From Perkinsus olseni (lineage: Eukaryota): DNA of 63,962 nt. The stretch lies in NCBI GenBank assembly GCA_013115125.1, contig JABANN010000131.1:1-63962 (forward strand), in the 5' to 3' direction. The translations under genes and the position numbers were made by a program. Below, piece after piece: positions 52,001 to 63,962 of this stretch. Below the pieces are notes generated by a model, which worked only from the letters and a program-made list of their open reading frames with translations, had not been told where the DNA came from and ran no database searches. The number at the start of each line of letters is the position of its first letter. Within the stretch, counting starts at the first letter, position 1.

Positions 52001-54374
52001 GCCACGGCAGGAGAGTTGTCACGAATAAGGACGAAGGTTAGACCGGGCTTGGAGCCGCCGAGGATCTTCTTGCCCAGGTTACCCGCGATGAGCTCGGAGT
52101 TGTAGAAAATAACGTAACCGTCGTTGCGGCAGAAGTACGGATCGCCGTGACTGAAATTTTTCTCGGGCATTTCTAGGTTGACAAGTACCTGAGAGGACCA
52201 ACCAAAGATACCACAGAATTCATGAACGACCATGATCAACCTAAGATACCACAGATCTCATGAACGACCATGATCAACCTAAGATACCCCTCCCGTCTAT
52301 TACCGTGCTCTTATGCGACGGCCTCAACATCAACGATATCAACTGCTTCCCCGTCCACAACTGGACGGGCTTCATCACCTGAAAGTATAATTATCAATAC
52401 CATAAAACGACGAAATCCTTCTATTACCGTAGGCGGAGGTAACTCAAGAGACTCCGCAGCCTTACCGAAGTACCTGATGAAAGAAACGCTGATAGGCTCA
52501 AATCGTCTAAGTCAATTTTCCACTGAATCAAGACGTATCTAATATTTCGTGATGAGCCATAATCAACCTCGGCCGCCGCCCCCCTATTACATGGCGATAT
52601 TGGCGATCTTGTCCTTAGTCAAGAAAGTGTCCCTCTGCGTCAACAGCCAGGCAGAGGTGAGGAAATCCTGGGTGGCGGCCACGATAGGCTCACCATTCTT
52701 AGACGTAATAAGGTTGTTCTGCACCCCCATTAACGCCAATGCCTCCGCCCGGGCCTCCTGCGTTTGCGGCAGATGGATGTTCATCTCATCACCATCAAAA
52801 TCAGCGTTGTAAGGCGAACAAACGCACTCGTTGAAGCGGAAGGTCCTCCAGGGCATAACCTTAGCTCGGTGAGCCATGATACTCATTTTGTGCAGACTCG
52901 GCTGTCGATTGAATAGAACAACATCACCATCTTGCAGATGTCGCTCGACCACATCACCGTACTGCAGATCCGCAGCCAGCTCCTCCCGGATTTGCTTCTT
53001 GATAAACGCCAGATTTTTCACCCCGCCACTCTTAAGTCTGATAATATGGGCTCCCGGATGGCCCTCAGTTCCCCTGATCACCCGGTCCCTCAGCATGTCG
53101 ATGTTGGTACGGCAGACGACCTCCGGGAATGTCAGCTTCATAGCCGAGTATTGCGGTATGATAACTTCCGTCACCTCCAGATTGGGGTCCGGACTGATGA
53201 CCGTTCGACCGGAAAAATTCACGCGTTTTCCCGATAAATTTCCGCGAAATCTTCCCTCCTTTCCCTTCAACCTCGAACAGATACTCCTGATCGGCTTAGT
53301 AGTAGGCGCTGCTGCCGCCAAGCCCGTCGCCTCCGAGTTCATCATCAACGCCACTTGGGCCGACAACCACTGCCATTGCTCGGCCACTTGCTTCAACGTC
53401 CCTCCCCTCGAGAGAGTAGCTTTAATATTATTATTAGTAGCCACAATGTCGCTGGTCTGCACCGATAGATCATCTTCCTGCGTCCCCGCGTCGCCGATCT
53501 GCACGCTCGGTCGAATACACACCGGAGAGACCGGTACATGTGTCACCACCAGTCGCTCAGGTTGCGGAGGAAGCTTCAACATCTCCTGATCCGACGGAGG
53601 CATCTTGGCGAGTAAGGGAAGAAGGTGCAGAGGAGTCAGATCTTCATAAGCGACCTTACTGAGATGGTTCCCGATCTCGGGGTTGTTGGCAACAGCATCA
53701 GTGTACTGCTGTTGGTACTCTACTTTAGCTTGGTCCTTTGGGAGCTCATGGACCAGCGTCATGTACCCTCGAGTGCCCTTCTTAACCGCTCCATTATAAG
53801 CATCACAATAGGGGCATTGCCGAACCTTCTTGCACGTATCAACCAACTTCCTGAAGACACCCTTCTGCTGCTGGACGTCCTTAGTAGCCTTCCTCGTCCG
53901 ATTCAGCCACACCGATCGCTTCTCGGGAGCCAGCAGTACTCTGCCGCATCGCTTGCAAATCGCAGACAGCAGCAACTGGACGTGGCGGAAGTACCCCACG
54001 TGAAAGACGGGTAGTACCAACTTTATCGATCCAAAATGGCCCGGACATTCCCGAAAATTTTTCCCGCAGGTCTGGCAGTCGCTCATTCTGTTCATAGCCC
54101 CCAGTCGCGGGTCGTGACAGCCCAAGGCGAGCTGCTTGTGCGTCATGGGGTCGAAGTACCCCTGGTTCAAGACCTCAACTTCGCCGTACTTGGAAATTTC
54201 CTCGCCCGACATAATACCAAAATCAACGCCCTTGATGGCATAGCTCTCCCCGCCGTTCTCTGCTGACGGTATGGGCTCCTTGAGAAGATACTCGAGGCCT
54301 TCATCGTTATTACCGCCGCCACTGCTGCTGCCTTTGGGCGTCTCCACCTCCGTGGGGACGGCAGAAGCAGCCAT
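49073..54374 (-). CDS. RPC1: DNA-directed RNA polymerase III largest subunit
   Basis: [72 protein letters not shown]; no CTD heptads. Confidence 0.95.
52206..52288. repeat. 38-bp tandem repeat (2.2 copies) in an RPC1 intron
   Basis: AGATACCACAGAWYTCATGAACGACCATGATCAACCTA repeated at 52206, 52244 and partially at 52282. Confidence 0.92.
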
Positions 54375-54677
54375 AGAGGGAAGACAAGACTGAAGTACAA
54401 GAGTTACGAAAGGAGTGGTATGGCGAATTGAAGATACGTAGCAAGGACAATGGGCGAGAACCTCTCCAACGGACACCACGATGCTTCGAATGAACAAAAT
54501 ACCACAACATGTACCAAATCTTGAGCGGAGCGAAGCTCTACTTTTTCATCGATTAGTTGGGCGCGCGCTAGTTTCCTCACGGACCGGGATGATGATGGTG
54601 ACGATCAACAACAGCAGCAGCTCGTGACTTAATCGCGTTTAGTTTCTTCTTCTTTTTCTCCTTTTCCTGCATACACC

Positions 54678-56049
54678 ATGTTTTTCGGAATGGACGACAT
54701 GTTCGGCGGGGCTGCTGGTCCGAAGAAGGACGTCGACACTCAAAAATTTTACGACGTCCTCGGGGTCAAGAAGGACGCGTCCAAAGCTGAAATTAAGAAG
54801 GCGTAAGTATCAATGAAGGGGGTATCCGAGGTCCATGCTGGCAGTTTACAAGCGGTAAAGATACGCTAGCTCAAGGATTCTCATTGGTAAGGTACCGGAA
54901 GCTCGCTTTGAAAGAGCATCCTGATAAGGGCGGTGACCCTGAGAAGTTCAAGGAGCTCACCCGCGCCTACGAGGTCCTCAGCGACGAGCAGAAGCGAGCA
55001 CGCTACGACAAGTTCGGCGAGGAGGGCGTCGACCAGGACGGTAGGCCAGCTCGAAAGCTCAACGTTCGTCCACAGCCCCGTTTCTAGGTATGGGCCCTGG
55101 CAACGCTGAGGATATCTTTGATATGGTCTTCGGTGGTGGTCGTGGTCGATCGACTGGCCCTCGGAAGGGGGAGGATATCTCTCACGTTTTGGAGGTCCCC
55201 TTGGCCCAGTTCTACAACGGTGCCACTAGGAAGCTCGCCATTAACAGGGTTGTTATCGACCGATCCTCGCCTATCACCACTTGCAACGCCTGCGACGGCC
55301 AAGGCGTGACGGTGAAGACGGTCCGGATGGGCCCGATGGTGCAGCAGATGCAATCGACTTGTCAACAGTGTCATGGCCAAGGACGCACTTTCAAGACTAA
55401 GAAGTCCAAGGAGATCATTGAGATTCACATTGAGAAGGGCATGAAGTCGGGCCAGCGGATTCCCTTCCGAGGGATGGCCGATGAGAGTAGCCCGGATGTC
55501 GAGCCAGGCGACCTGATAATCATCCTGAAGCAGAAGGAAAATGAAGACACTCCCTTCACTAGAAAGGGCAACGATTTGTTCTTGAGGAAGCCTATCAGTT
55601 TGGTGGAAGCTCTCACTGGTTACACGACCGTCGTCACCCATTTGGACGGCCGTAAGCTGATCGTACGGTCGAAGCCTGGCGACATCATCAAGCCCATTGA
55701 CCTCACCTCGCAGAAGCACTACTTGAAGTGCGTGAAGGGCGAGGGTATGCCCACCCATCAAAACCCCTTCCTTTGCGGCAACCTCTTCCTCATTCTCGAT
55801 ATTGTCTTCCCTGAGTCCCTCACTCCGGACGCCTGCGAGATCCTTCGAGAGATCCTCCCGGCTCCGACCGACGCGCCGATCATCACGGATCAGATGGAGG
55901 AGACCTACGAGCATCATGAGTTGGTGGACATGGACCCTAAGGAGAGCGCTGCGGCGACGGCTGGCTACGACAAGTCCAGCGAGGCATACGAGGAGGATGA
56001 CGAAGGCTCCATGCCAGGAGCTCAGAGGGTTCAGTGCGCTCAACAGTAG
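54678..56049 (+). CDS. DnaJA/Ydj1-type Hsp40, copy 1
   Basis: J-domain with HPD, G/F region, CxxCxGxG x2, C-terminal CaaX CAQQ; two short introns. Confidence 0.95.
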
Positions 56050-56523
56050 TTGTTGTTGCAGCTGCTGGTCACGATGTCCTTCGGTGATGGTATTATTACT
56101 ATTATATTCCTGCAGCCACGGAGCTTCTGACTGAAGGGTCCTTTTCATTTTGACCGACCCTTTGTTGCGGCTGGTGAGCTGACGGGAAGAATTAGGAGAA
56201 ACACCGGTCGTCGTCGTCGTCGTCGTCGTTCATCTACTGTATCTTATAATACAGACTGTTGCTACTGACATCACCCCTACTGATCGATAACAGGGGCTCC
56301 CTTCTCAGGAGAGGGGTCCCTACGGAATTACTATCATTGCTATTCACTCCGCCCACTGCCCCCTAAGGGCGGCAGCAAAAACCAAATACCCGCTTCGCTC
56401 CGCCTGTGTTGTGTTCTGGGTTAATAGAAAGCAGCAGTGCTGTCCTTCTCAGCTTGGCCGGATTTACGTCGCCGGTTTTCGGTCGTTTTATTCTTGTATC
56501 CTACATCAACCCCTCCCTGAGAG

Positions 56524-58552
56524 ATGTTCTTCGGCAGTGGTGGTATGTTCGGTGAGGATTTCGGCGGCGGCCGAGGCCCCGGAGGGCCTTCGAAAAAGGC
56601 GGACACGCAGAAGCTCTATGACGTCCTCGGGGTTGGCAAGAACGCCAGTTCGTCGGATATTAAGAAAGCGTGAGTCGAAGAGGTATCTTTTGGGTCTGTG
56701 TAAAGCCAGCTTCAACCTTAGATACCGAAAGTTGGCGATGCAACACCATCCTGATAAAGGAGGGGATGAGGAGCAGTTCAAGCTCATCACGAAAGCATAT
56801 GAGATTCTTAGTGATGATGAGAAACGAAGAAGATACGATCAATTCGGAGAGGAGGGAGTCGATTCTGACGGTAAGAACACGGGCCTACGTCTTGCAAAGT
56901 TCCATACGTTCCGATTTAGGTGGTATGGCCCACGCAACTGATATTTTCGACATGATGTTCGGCGGTGGCGGTAGACGAGGAGGGGGAGGAGGTCGGCGTA
57001 GAGGCGACGACGTCCAGCACATTTTGGAGGTGCCCTTGAAGCAGCTTTACACTGGGGCTACTCGGAAGCTGATGATTAACCGAGTGGTGGTCGACAAGGA
57101 CGTACCGGTTACCACTTGTAACGCGTGTGATGGCCAAGGGGCGACTGTGAAGGTCATCAGAATGGGACCGATGATTCAACAGGTGGGCTCGGGCTTAGGC
57201 GACGATCTCACCAGCTTCGCTCCGCTGATTATAATCGACGAGGATATTCTAGGATTCGACGGGTCCTTCTAGCCGTACTGTGACGGGGATTGCTAGTGTT
57301 GAACAGAATGCTCCTCGCGAATTACCGAACGAGCTCTGGGTGCTACGCGGTGTGGTGACCATGCTGGGGACAGCGCGCATCGCGATACACTCACTGAAGT
57401 CCAAGTTGTCATTTTTGTCTTTCCACTGGCGGAAAAATCGCAGTTCACTCGTCATGGATGAGGCTCAAGCGAACGAGGAGTAGGAGGGCCGATGGATTTC
57501 CTTATGAGACCCCTGGAGGATTTTGGGTAGAAAAACAGAAACGCCGAACGTTTCTTCCCGGCAGTTTATCGGTTGTATTGCAATTTTTCCCTGCATATAG
57601 CTGACAAGTAACAGGCCCCGCGTCACTATGAATGACCTCGCTGGGTTAGGGCCGAGAGGTCCTCTCGCAGCCTCTTCGGTGCTACCAGGATTTTCGGTGG
57701 CGACGCGCAAGGGGAGAAGAAGAATTTCTTTATCGTCTGGGTTGTGTGGTGCGCTGCGAGGCTTAGTAGAATTATATATTTTGGATTTTTGTTACGGTAT
57801 TTGTATCTTGAGCTCACCCTTGCCAGATATGGATATCACATTCAGTATCGTTCTGATGTCAGTTACAATCGCCGTGCCGCCAGTGTCAAGGACAAGGTCA
57901 GAGTTTCAAAACCAAACGAAGCAAAGAGATGGTGGAGGTCCACATTGAGAAGGGCATGAAGCACGGTCAGCGCATCCCCTTCCGCGGTATGGCCGATGAG
58001 AACAGCCCTGGGGTAGAGCCCGGCGACCTGATCATTCTATTGAAGCAGAAGGAAGATGATAGTGGCTTCACTAGGAAGGGCAACGACCTCTTCATCCGGC
58101 GTACGGTTACTCTGTTGGAGGCCCTCACTGGGTATACTACGGTGCTCACGCATCTGGATGACCGGAAGCTGATAATTCGGTCTAAGCCTGGGGATATTAT
58201 CAGGCCTATTGACATGACGTCAGAAAAGCATTTTTTGAAGGCTATTAAGGGGGAGGGGATGCCAACGCACAAAAATCCGTTCGTGTATGGTAATTTATTT
58301 TTGATACTGGACATAGCCTTCCCGGAAAGTCTGTCGGAGGAGGCGATGGCGAGGTTGAGAGAGGTACTTCCGGCGCCGAAAGATTCTCCGAGAATTACGA
58401 AGAAGATGGAGAAAGAATATGAGCATCATGAGCTCACCGATATGGATCCTAGCGTGAGTGCTCGGATGGGAGCGGAGACCAGTGGCGGCGAGGCCTACGA
58501 TGAGGATGAGGAGGGACCTAGGGGCCCGAGTGTTGCCTGCGCACAACAGTAG
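56524..58552 (+). CDS. DnaJA/Ydj1-type Hsp40, copy 2
   Basis: HHPDKGG J-domain, [20 protein letters not shown]; three introns including 57183-57862. Confidence 0.95.
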
Positions 58553-58722
58553 TTCCTCGAGGTAGACACACCCAAGACACTAGCTGCTACTACTCCTGCT
58601 GGTCATTACCATCAATATTGCTGTCCTATCTATTAGTACCCCTTTTTATTGTCATCATCATCATGATCGGAGCCGCGTTGTAGTAGTTATGGTAGGTGGG
58701 CTGCTCATCAGGCTTGTTATTT

Positions 58723-60414
58723 ATGATATCCAATTCGATACGTGCCCTGCGGAGCGTGCTGGTTCCGTCGATGGTCCGAGCTTCGATGCCACGCCCTGTT
58801 GGAAGCTTGCTCGCAACGTCGCCGCCGTCTGGGAGATTTTTCTCAAGTGAGCTGCTTCGCTCCGCTAGATCTCTAATGCGCTGCTCTGGCGATTCTCTGG
58901 TCTTTCCGAACCACAGTCGGTCGGGTGCTTCGTCCGTACTGTTTCGTGTGGTAGGCGATACAACGAAAACAGGAGGGGCGGAGGAGGTCGTCGGGAAGGG
59001 GAAAGAGGGTGGACCGGACCTAGTCTATGAAGGCCCATCCGTGCAGGGCGTACTGAAGGACTCTGAGAAGAAGTTTTACATGGGTGAGCTGGTTGCTGCG
59101 GATTGGATTCTTCCCGGTACTGCCATTATCAGGTCTGGGTATGGAGTGCTGCGGTATTGCCTCTTACACGGTGATGTGGGCGGAGACCATCAATCCTGGC
59201 GGTAGCAAAAGAGAGGCTCTCTTGGGAGGAAGGATATTTCCTTTCAGCTACGGCGATGCTGTTGTTTCTGCTCTGCACGCAGCTGGCCTTCTCTGTGAAG
59301 TCTCAAAGCTTGCTCGAGTAATAGCACGACCCTGGGGAGGGGTAGGAATCTTCGCTGTGCGTTAGGTACGCTGCTATGGTCAAGAACGTCACACGCATGT
59401 ACGCGCAGAAGCTGCCGGAAGGAAGCTCCACCACCTACGGCAAAGCGTGGAGGCTCTTTATTGAGACGGACGGGATGAAACGTACTACATGGGGCCGATG
59501 TAGAAAGCGCGCGCCCGGATTATTGTTCATGGCCAGGCCGAATTGATCTGGAGCCACGCGGGTCGTTGCCTCGCGGGGATGCGGCAGCAGGGAGGGTAGG
59601 GAGTGATCGGCCTGTTGGGGCGTATCTTTCGACCCTGTCTTAGGTCAGCTTCGACCAGCTCGTCCGCCTAGGGGCCTTGGAGTTTGATGTTGATGCCAAG
59701 GGAGCTGTCGTGCATGATAAGGACACCCTGGATGGTCTGGCGCCTTCTATCTTCACTAGGCGGGGCGAGCAGCGACACACAGCTAGTGATTCGGAGTTGG
59801 TCATCACCCAGGAGGAGGTGGAGACTACTCGAACCATCGACGCCTCGTTCGTGCCCAACGTCCGTCTTTCCGAGCTCACTACGAAGCAGCTCGAGGAAGC
59901 TTTGGTGGGCCTCTTGTTCCTCGGCTGCGTCACGACGTCACAGTTGGTCTTCTCAGGCCAAACGACCGGGGGCGCTGGGAGGGCAGAACATTAAGGCAGT
60001 TCCGTCGCGGATTGTAGGCTGGCCGGGCGCTACGACAAGGGGACAGTTCTTGTGTCATCGTGGGTCAGTTGTTAAACAAGGCCTCGGATACTCTCTTCTA
60101 CGGAGGGGCCTTCATCCTTGGAGGCGCTGTCCTGTTTGGACTCTTCGGCGGCAGCACTGAGGAGTATCTGAAGAGGGCTGAGGACGAACACAATAGGATG
60201 ATGTATTATTGGCCGCCTCCGGCGAGTGGAAACACCGGGGCCTTGGATCAGGTCGGGCAGGATGATGACGCCCTTCCCGCAGCAGCCCCAGCAGTACTAC
60301 GGCGGCTACGGTGCCCCTCCTCCTCCATCGCCACAGCAACAGCAGTACTACGGCGGGTACGCCCCTCCGCCGCCGCCACAAGGAGGGCCATACCCCTCAG
60401 GAGGGCAGTACTGA
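58723..60414 (+). CDS. Hypothetical membrane protein, possible mitochondrial presequence, Pro/Gln/Tyr-rich tail
   Basis: Arg/Ser-rich N-terminus, hydrophobic FYGGAFILGGAVLFGLFG segment, spliced tail ending GGPYPSGGQY*. Confidence 0.5.
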
Positions 60415-60550
60415 AGAGACTTTTCTTGGCTGTTGTGATACTTGTGATGGCGTTGAGAGTTTCTAAAGCCACATGAGTGTTGCCGTTTCCTCCCTCCCCC
60501 GTCCACCCTTGTCGCATGCCCTTCAGTCTCGCTGGTCCACCTGTCGTCAA

Positions 60551-61449
60551 ATGGCAAAGCCGATCGTCCGGTACTACCTAACGCTGTATAACACAGTCCA
60601 AGCGCTGGGATGGGCCTACATCCTCTACGCTACTCTCGGCAGCCCGCTATTCACAGTCAGTCCAAAGGTTCTCACGGCCATGTAAGATACGTTGCGCACA
60701 GCGGAGATTTTCTCTCAGTGTCATCGTCATTTCTTAGGTATCTTTTCCAGGGCCTGGCGGTCCTGGAGGTGCTCAACGCTGCGGCAGGAATCGTGAGATC
60801 TAACTTCCTTACGACAGTAGTCCAAGTAAGTCACAGCTAGAGGTGTCAGAAAAGCTCCAGCCCCCTTCAGGTCTTCTTCAGAGACCAAGTACTTTACCTC
60901 CTCTACCGCTGCCATAGTGCCGGTATCGAGTCCCATGGCCTCCTTCCGATGGCACTTGCCTGGTCCCTGGCCGAAACCATTAGGTCCTCGCCGGGCCCTC
61001 ATCTACGTGATAATACAGCTGCCTCCTAGGTACCCCTACTTAGCGTTGCACATGAGCAGGCGGGCGCCTCCAGCTCTCACTTGGTTGCGTTACTCGTGAG
61101 TGGACGTTGTCCGTCAGTCTGCGTTGTAGTGGTAGTAGTAGGTTCTTCCTCGTCCTCTACCCTCTGGGAGTGTACGGTGAGATGAGAGTTATCTACGACG
61201 TCCTGCCGGTAGTGGAGAGAGATCACATCCTGTCCGTGGCGATGCCCAACGCCTTCAACTTCTCCTTCAACTATGCTGCATTCCTCAAGGTAACATCGAA
61301 AGATACCTCAGCGCACCGCAAAGATTTTCGCCCTTCTCACTGGCGTTCAGCTTCTCCTCTTCTTGTACCCCCTCGGCCTTCTCCTGCAGTACAAGCATAT
61401 GCTTCGTCAAAGGGCCAGGCATCTGGGCACCCCCGCTAGGCGACACTAA
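60551..61449 (+). CDS. Very-long-chain 3-hydroxyacyl-CoA dehydratase (HACD/PHS1), copy 1
   Basis: YLTLYNTVQALGW, FQGLAVLEV, WSLAETIRYPY, LTWLRYS, FLVLYPLGVYGE. Confidence 0.92.
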
Positions 61450-61495
61450 CCTCACTGGCTAGTAGTAACTGGACGGTGCCTTGAGTTGACCAGCA

Positions 61496-61546
61496 GCCTG
61501 GATGAGTCCCTGAGATGAGTCCCTGAGCCTGGATGAGTCCTGAGTA
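61496..61546. repeat. Short imperfect tandem repeat of GATGAGTCC(C)TGA x3
   Basis: Seen directly between the two HACD genes. Confidence 0.8.
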
Positions 61547-61660
61547 TGATAGCATGCCTTGTGTGAGACGTCTCTGGCAAGAATGGGTGGTGCTTCGGCT
61601 GGTCGCTGGTGGGTGCTATCCCTGCCTTAGTTGACTAGTTGTTGTTTTTGTGAAGAAGCC

Positions 61661-62876
61661 ATGGGGTCCCTCTCCCACTCCTACCTAATCTTCTACAACC
61701 TTGTCCAGACTCTAGGATGGAGCTACATCCTCTTTGAAGCTCTCGTTGGTCCTTTGCCGGCTCTCAGCGAGAAGGTCATCGACCCGCTGTAGGCAGGGGT
61801 GCTGAAGGTCTTCTTTCTCATGGATTTTTGTTAGGTACTTTTTCCAAGGTCTGGCTGTGCTGGAGATTTTACACTCTGTGCTTGGACTAGTGAGGGCAAA
61901 CCCTGTCATCACTACCATACAGGTAGTGGACTCAGTATTCACCGATCCCATCAATTTTATGTTACTTTTGCGACTATAATGTATCTATGCGATTTCTCCC
62001 GTTGAATACCATATTTTCCTATAATCACGCTCATACCTCTTTGAATAGACTGACCATCCAGTGAGATGATACAGTGGTGAGTTCAGAGGACCTCGACCCT
62101 ATTTGAACCAGAAGAGACCCGTTTGCTTGTTGGCATTAGTATTTTCAAAGTAATATCTCCCTTGTTCATGCTTCGCTGATAAGTTCTTAGAAAACGATTG
62201 ACGCCTAACGGACTCTGGAATTGGAAATAGCTCCTTGAAAAATCCCCAGTCGACTCATCCTCCATCGTTCGGTTGCCGTTGCACCACCACCGTCTCCCTG
62301 TAGGTTTACTCCAGAGTCCAGCTCATCTACCTGCACTACCGTTGCCGGGAGGTAGCTGATCACAGCCCCGGCCTTCTCCCCATGGTCATCGCCTGGTCCG
62401 TCACTGAGGTTGTGAGGTAGCCCTGCCACCCCTCACTACCATCGTGCTGCATCGTGCTCTCTCGCAGGTACTCCTACCTAGGTCTACATATGTCAATCGG
62501 GGCTCCGAGTTTTCTCAAGTGGCTGCGTTACACGTAAAAGCCGGCTCGTCGCTTTCCCTTCGCTGACTCCGTTTCGTCAGGCTCTTCCTCGTCCTCTACC
62601 CTCTGGGAGTGTACGGTGAGATGAGGGTCATCTACGACGTCTTGCCGGTAGTGGAGAGGGATCACATCCTGTCGGTGGCGATGCCCAACGCCTTCAACTT
62701 TTCCTTCTGCTTCGCTGCATTCCTCAAGGTGGGCTCAACCGGTCGCCACTGCCTCCTTGTCACGCTCGTTTCAGTTCCTTCTGGCCATCTACCTGCCCGG
62801 TCTTTACGTGCAGTACACTCATATGCTGCATCAGAGGAAGAAGCAGCTCGGCGGCGCCGCCAAGAAGACTCAGTAA
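61661..62876 (+). CDS. HACD/PHS1, copy 2
   Basis: YLIFYNLVQTLGW, AWSVTEVVRYSY, LKWLRYT, LYPLGVYGE; C-terminal ER-retrieval KKTQ. Confidence 0.92.
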
Positions 62877-63962
62877 ATTTTCCGCTGTTATTTAGCGTGT
62901 TAGTTTGGCAGATTATTGAAAGTACACACCATCAGATTGATCCTTACCGCCCTAGAGCGTTGATAAGGGAAGGAGACGGCGAGTTGCGTTCACAGTAAAA
63001 ACGAGTGTTACTGAGGCAACCCTGACTTCTCTAAAAATGACGAGGTCAATCTAAACACGTATACCACTCCAAACGCTAATCATCGAGGATCGCAGAGATG
63101 GAGCAGACAGCCTGCGCGCAGCCGATATGAAAGGAATTCGCCCGTCACGATGAAGTGTAGCAGCATGTGCTTCTTCGACACCAGACCTCAGTTGTGTATG
63201 CAGCATAGTGTGGGCGGATATCTTCAACGTCGTGATCGAGTCGTCGGTTGATACTACACCATTTCCACACCTACTTAGTAAAACCCCAGAGCAATTAAAT
63301 AAAGCCCAGGCCAAATTAGTAGAATCCCAAAGCAATTTAGTCGGCTCGCGAGACGCATCCGGATCGTACCTCCTCCCGGCCCGGGGACTCCGGCCCATAA
63401 GTGGCGGGAGAGGCGGTGGAGCGAAGGCAGAGTACCTCCTGCCGTACTGTGAGAAGTTGCTTTAAGAAGGGGTTGAAGAGGTAACTATGCAACTGCAACT
63501 TTATTTCAATCACGCCCAAACATGGTACCCTTTTTGCTCAGCTATGTAAGGCTCGCCAGTCGGAGGCTCAATTTGAATGTTCAACGATTAAACTTTAACC
63601 CGCGATCTGTTCGCGTCCTCCACAATCAGAAGTTTCATCTATGATGAACCAATACCTGCGGTTATGCAGGGCTTGGACTATCGCGCGCATAGTAGCCTGT
63701 CCAATCAGGGCCTGATTATCGGGCGAACCATCTCAGCCAGGAAATCCGCGGAAGCTAACTTAGTACGATGGCTCCGGCCAAGGCACCAACATACATCATC
63801 ATCGTGCCTCTTAAGGAGCTCGAGAATCTGCCGTGCAGTCCCCTCAGAGTGATTGTGGCCTCCCACTGGCAAGTTTTGTCGGAGAGACCTTCTCACAACG
63901 TCGAGGATGCAGAGAAGAGCGCTCCTGCCGCGCTTGGCGGCAGCGTGACTCTGATTGCTCAA

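Noticed and set aside
49073-54374. Functional link between RPC1 and neighbouring tRNA-like introns
   Set aside because: The elements also occur tens of kb away, so adjacency is probably coincidental.
55084-56148. Long antisense ORFs (also 51257-52105, 52876-53589, 2762-3463)
   Set aside because: Shadows of codon-biased real genes on the opposite strand.
61496-61546. Hammerhead ribozyme or AFLP MseI adapter contamination (GATGAGTCCTGAGTA)
   Set aside because: No exact CTGATGA core or downstream GAAA. The adapter-like 15-mer is one variant of a local tandem repeat inside continuous gene context.

Overview
Gene-dense, intron-rich eukaryotic nuclear DNA. It most resembles a perkinsid alveolate such as Perkinsus, inferred from 40-60 nt GT-AG introns, intergenic gaps often under 250 bp and a cyclophilin-SYF2 fusion. 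Recognisable genes: Pumilio/Puf, RPN10, SPF45, an STE20 kinase, RPL11, a GGACT-domain protein, UBL5/HUB1, a nucleotide-sugar transporter, two cyclophilins (one fused to SYF2), two USP deubiquitinases, MED31, a CCCH zinc-finger protein, CstF-50, RPC1, tandem DnaJA genes and tandem HACD/PHS1 genes. A lineage-specific island lies at about 23-29.5 kb. The most unusual signal is non-coding. Four short introns in unrelated genes (three confirmed by reading frame, one putative in a 5'UTR) consist largely of tRNA-gene-like sequence, in two families; in one family the oligo-T Pol III terminator sits where the polypyrimidine tract belongs. Two short DNA motifs are strongly over-represented in introns and divergent intergenic regions: CTTCGCTCCGC (11 exact copies) and YRACCTWAGATAC (about 12 copies, four spanning 3' splice sites). 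Gene models were spliced by eye, so some termini are approximate.
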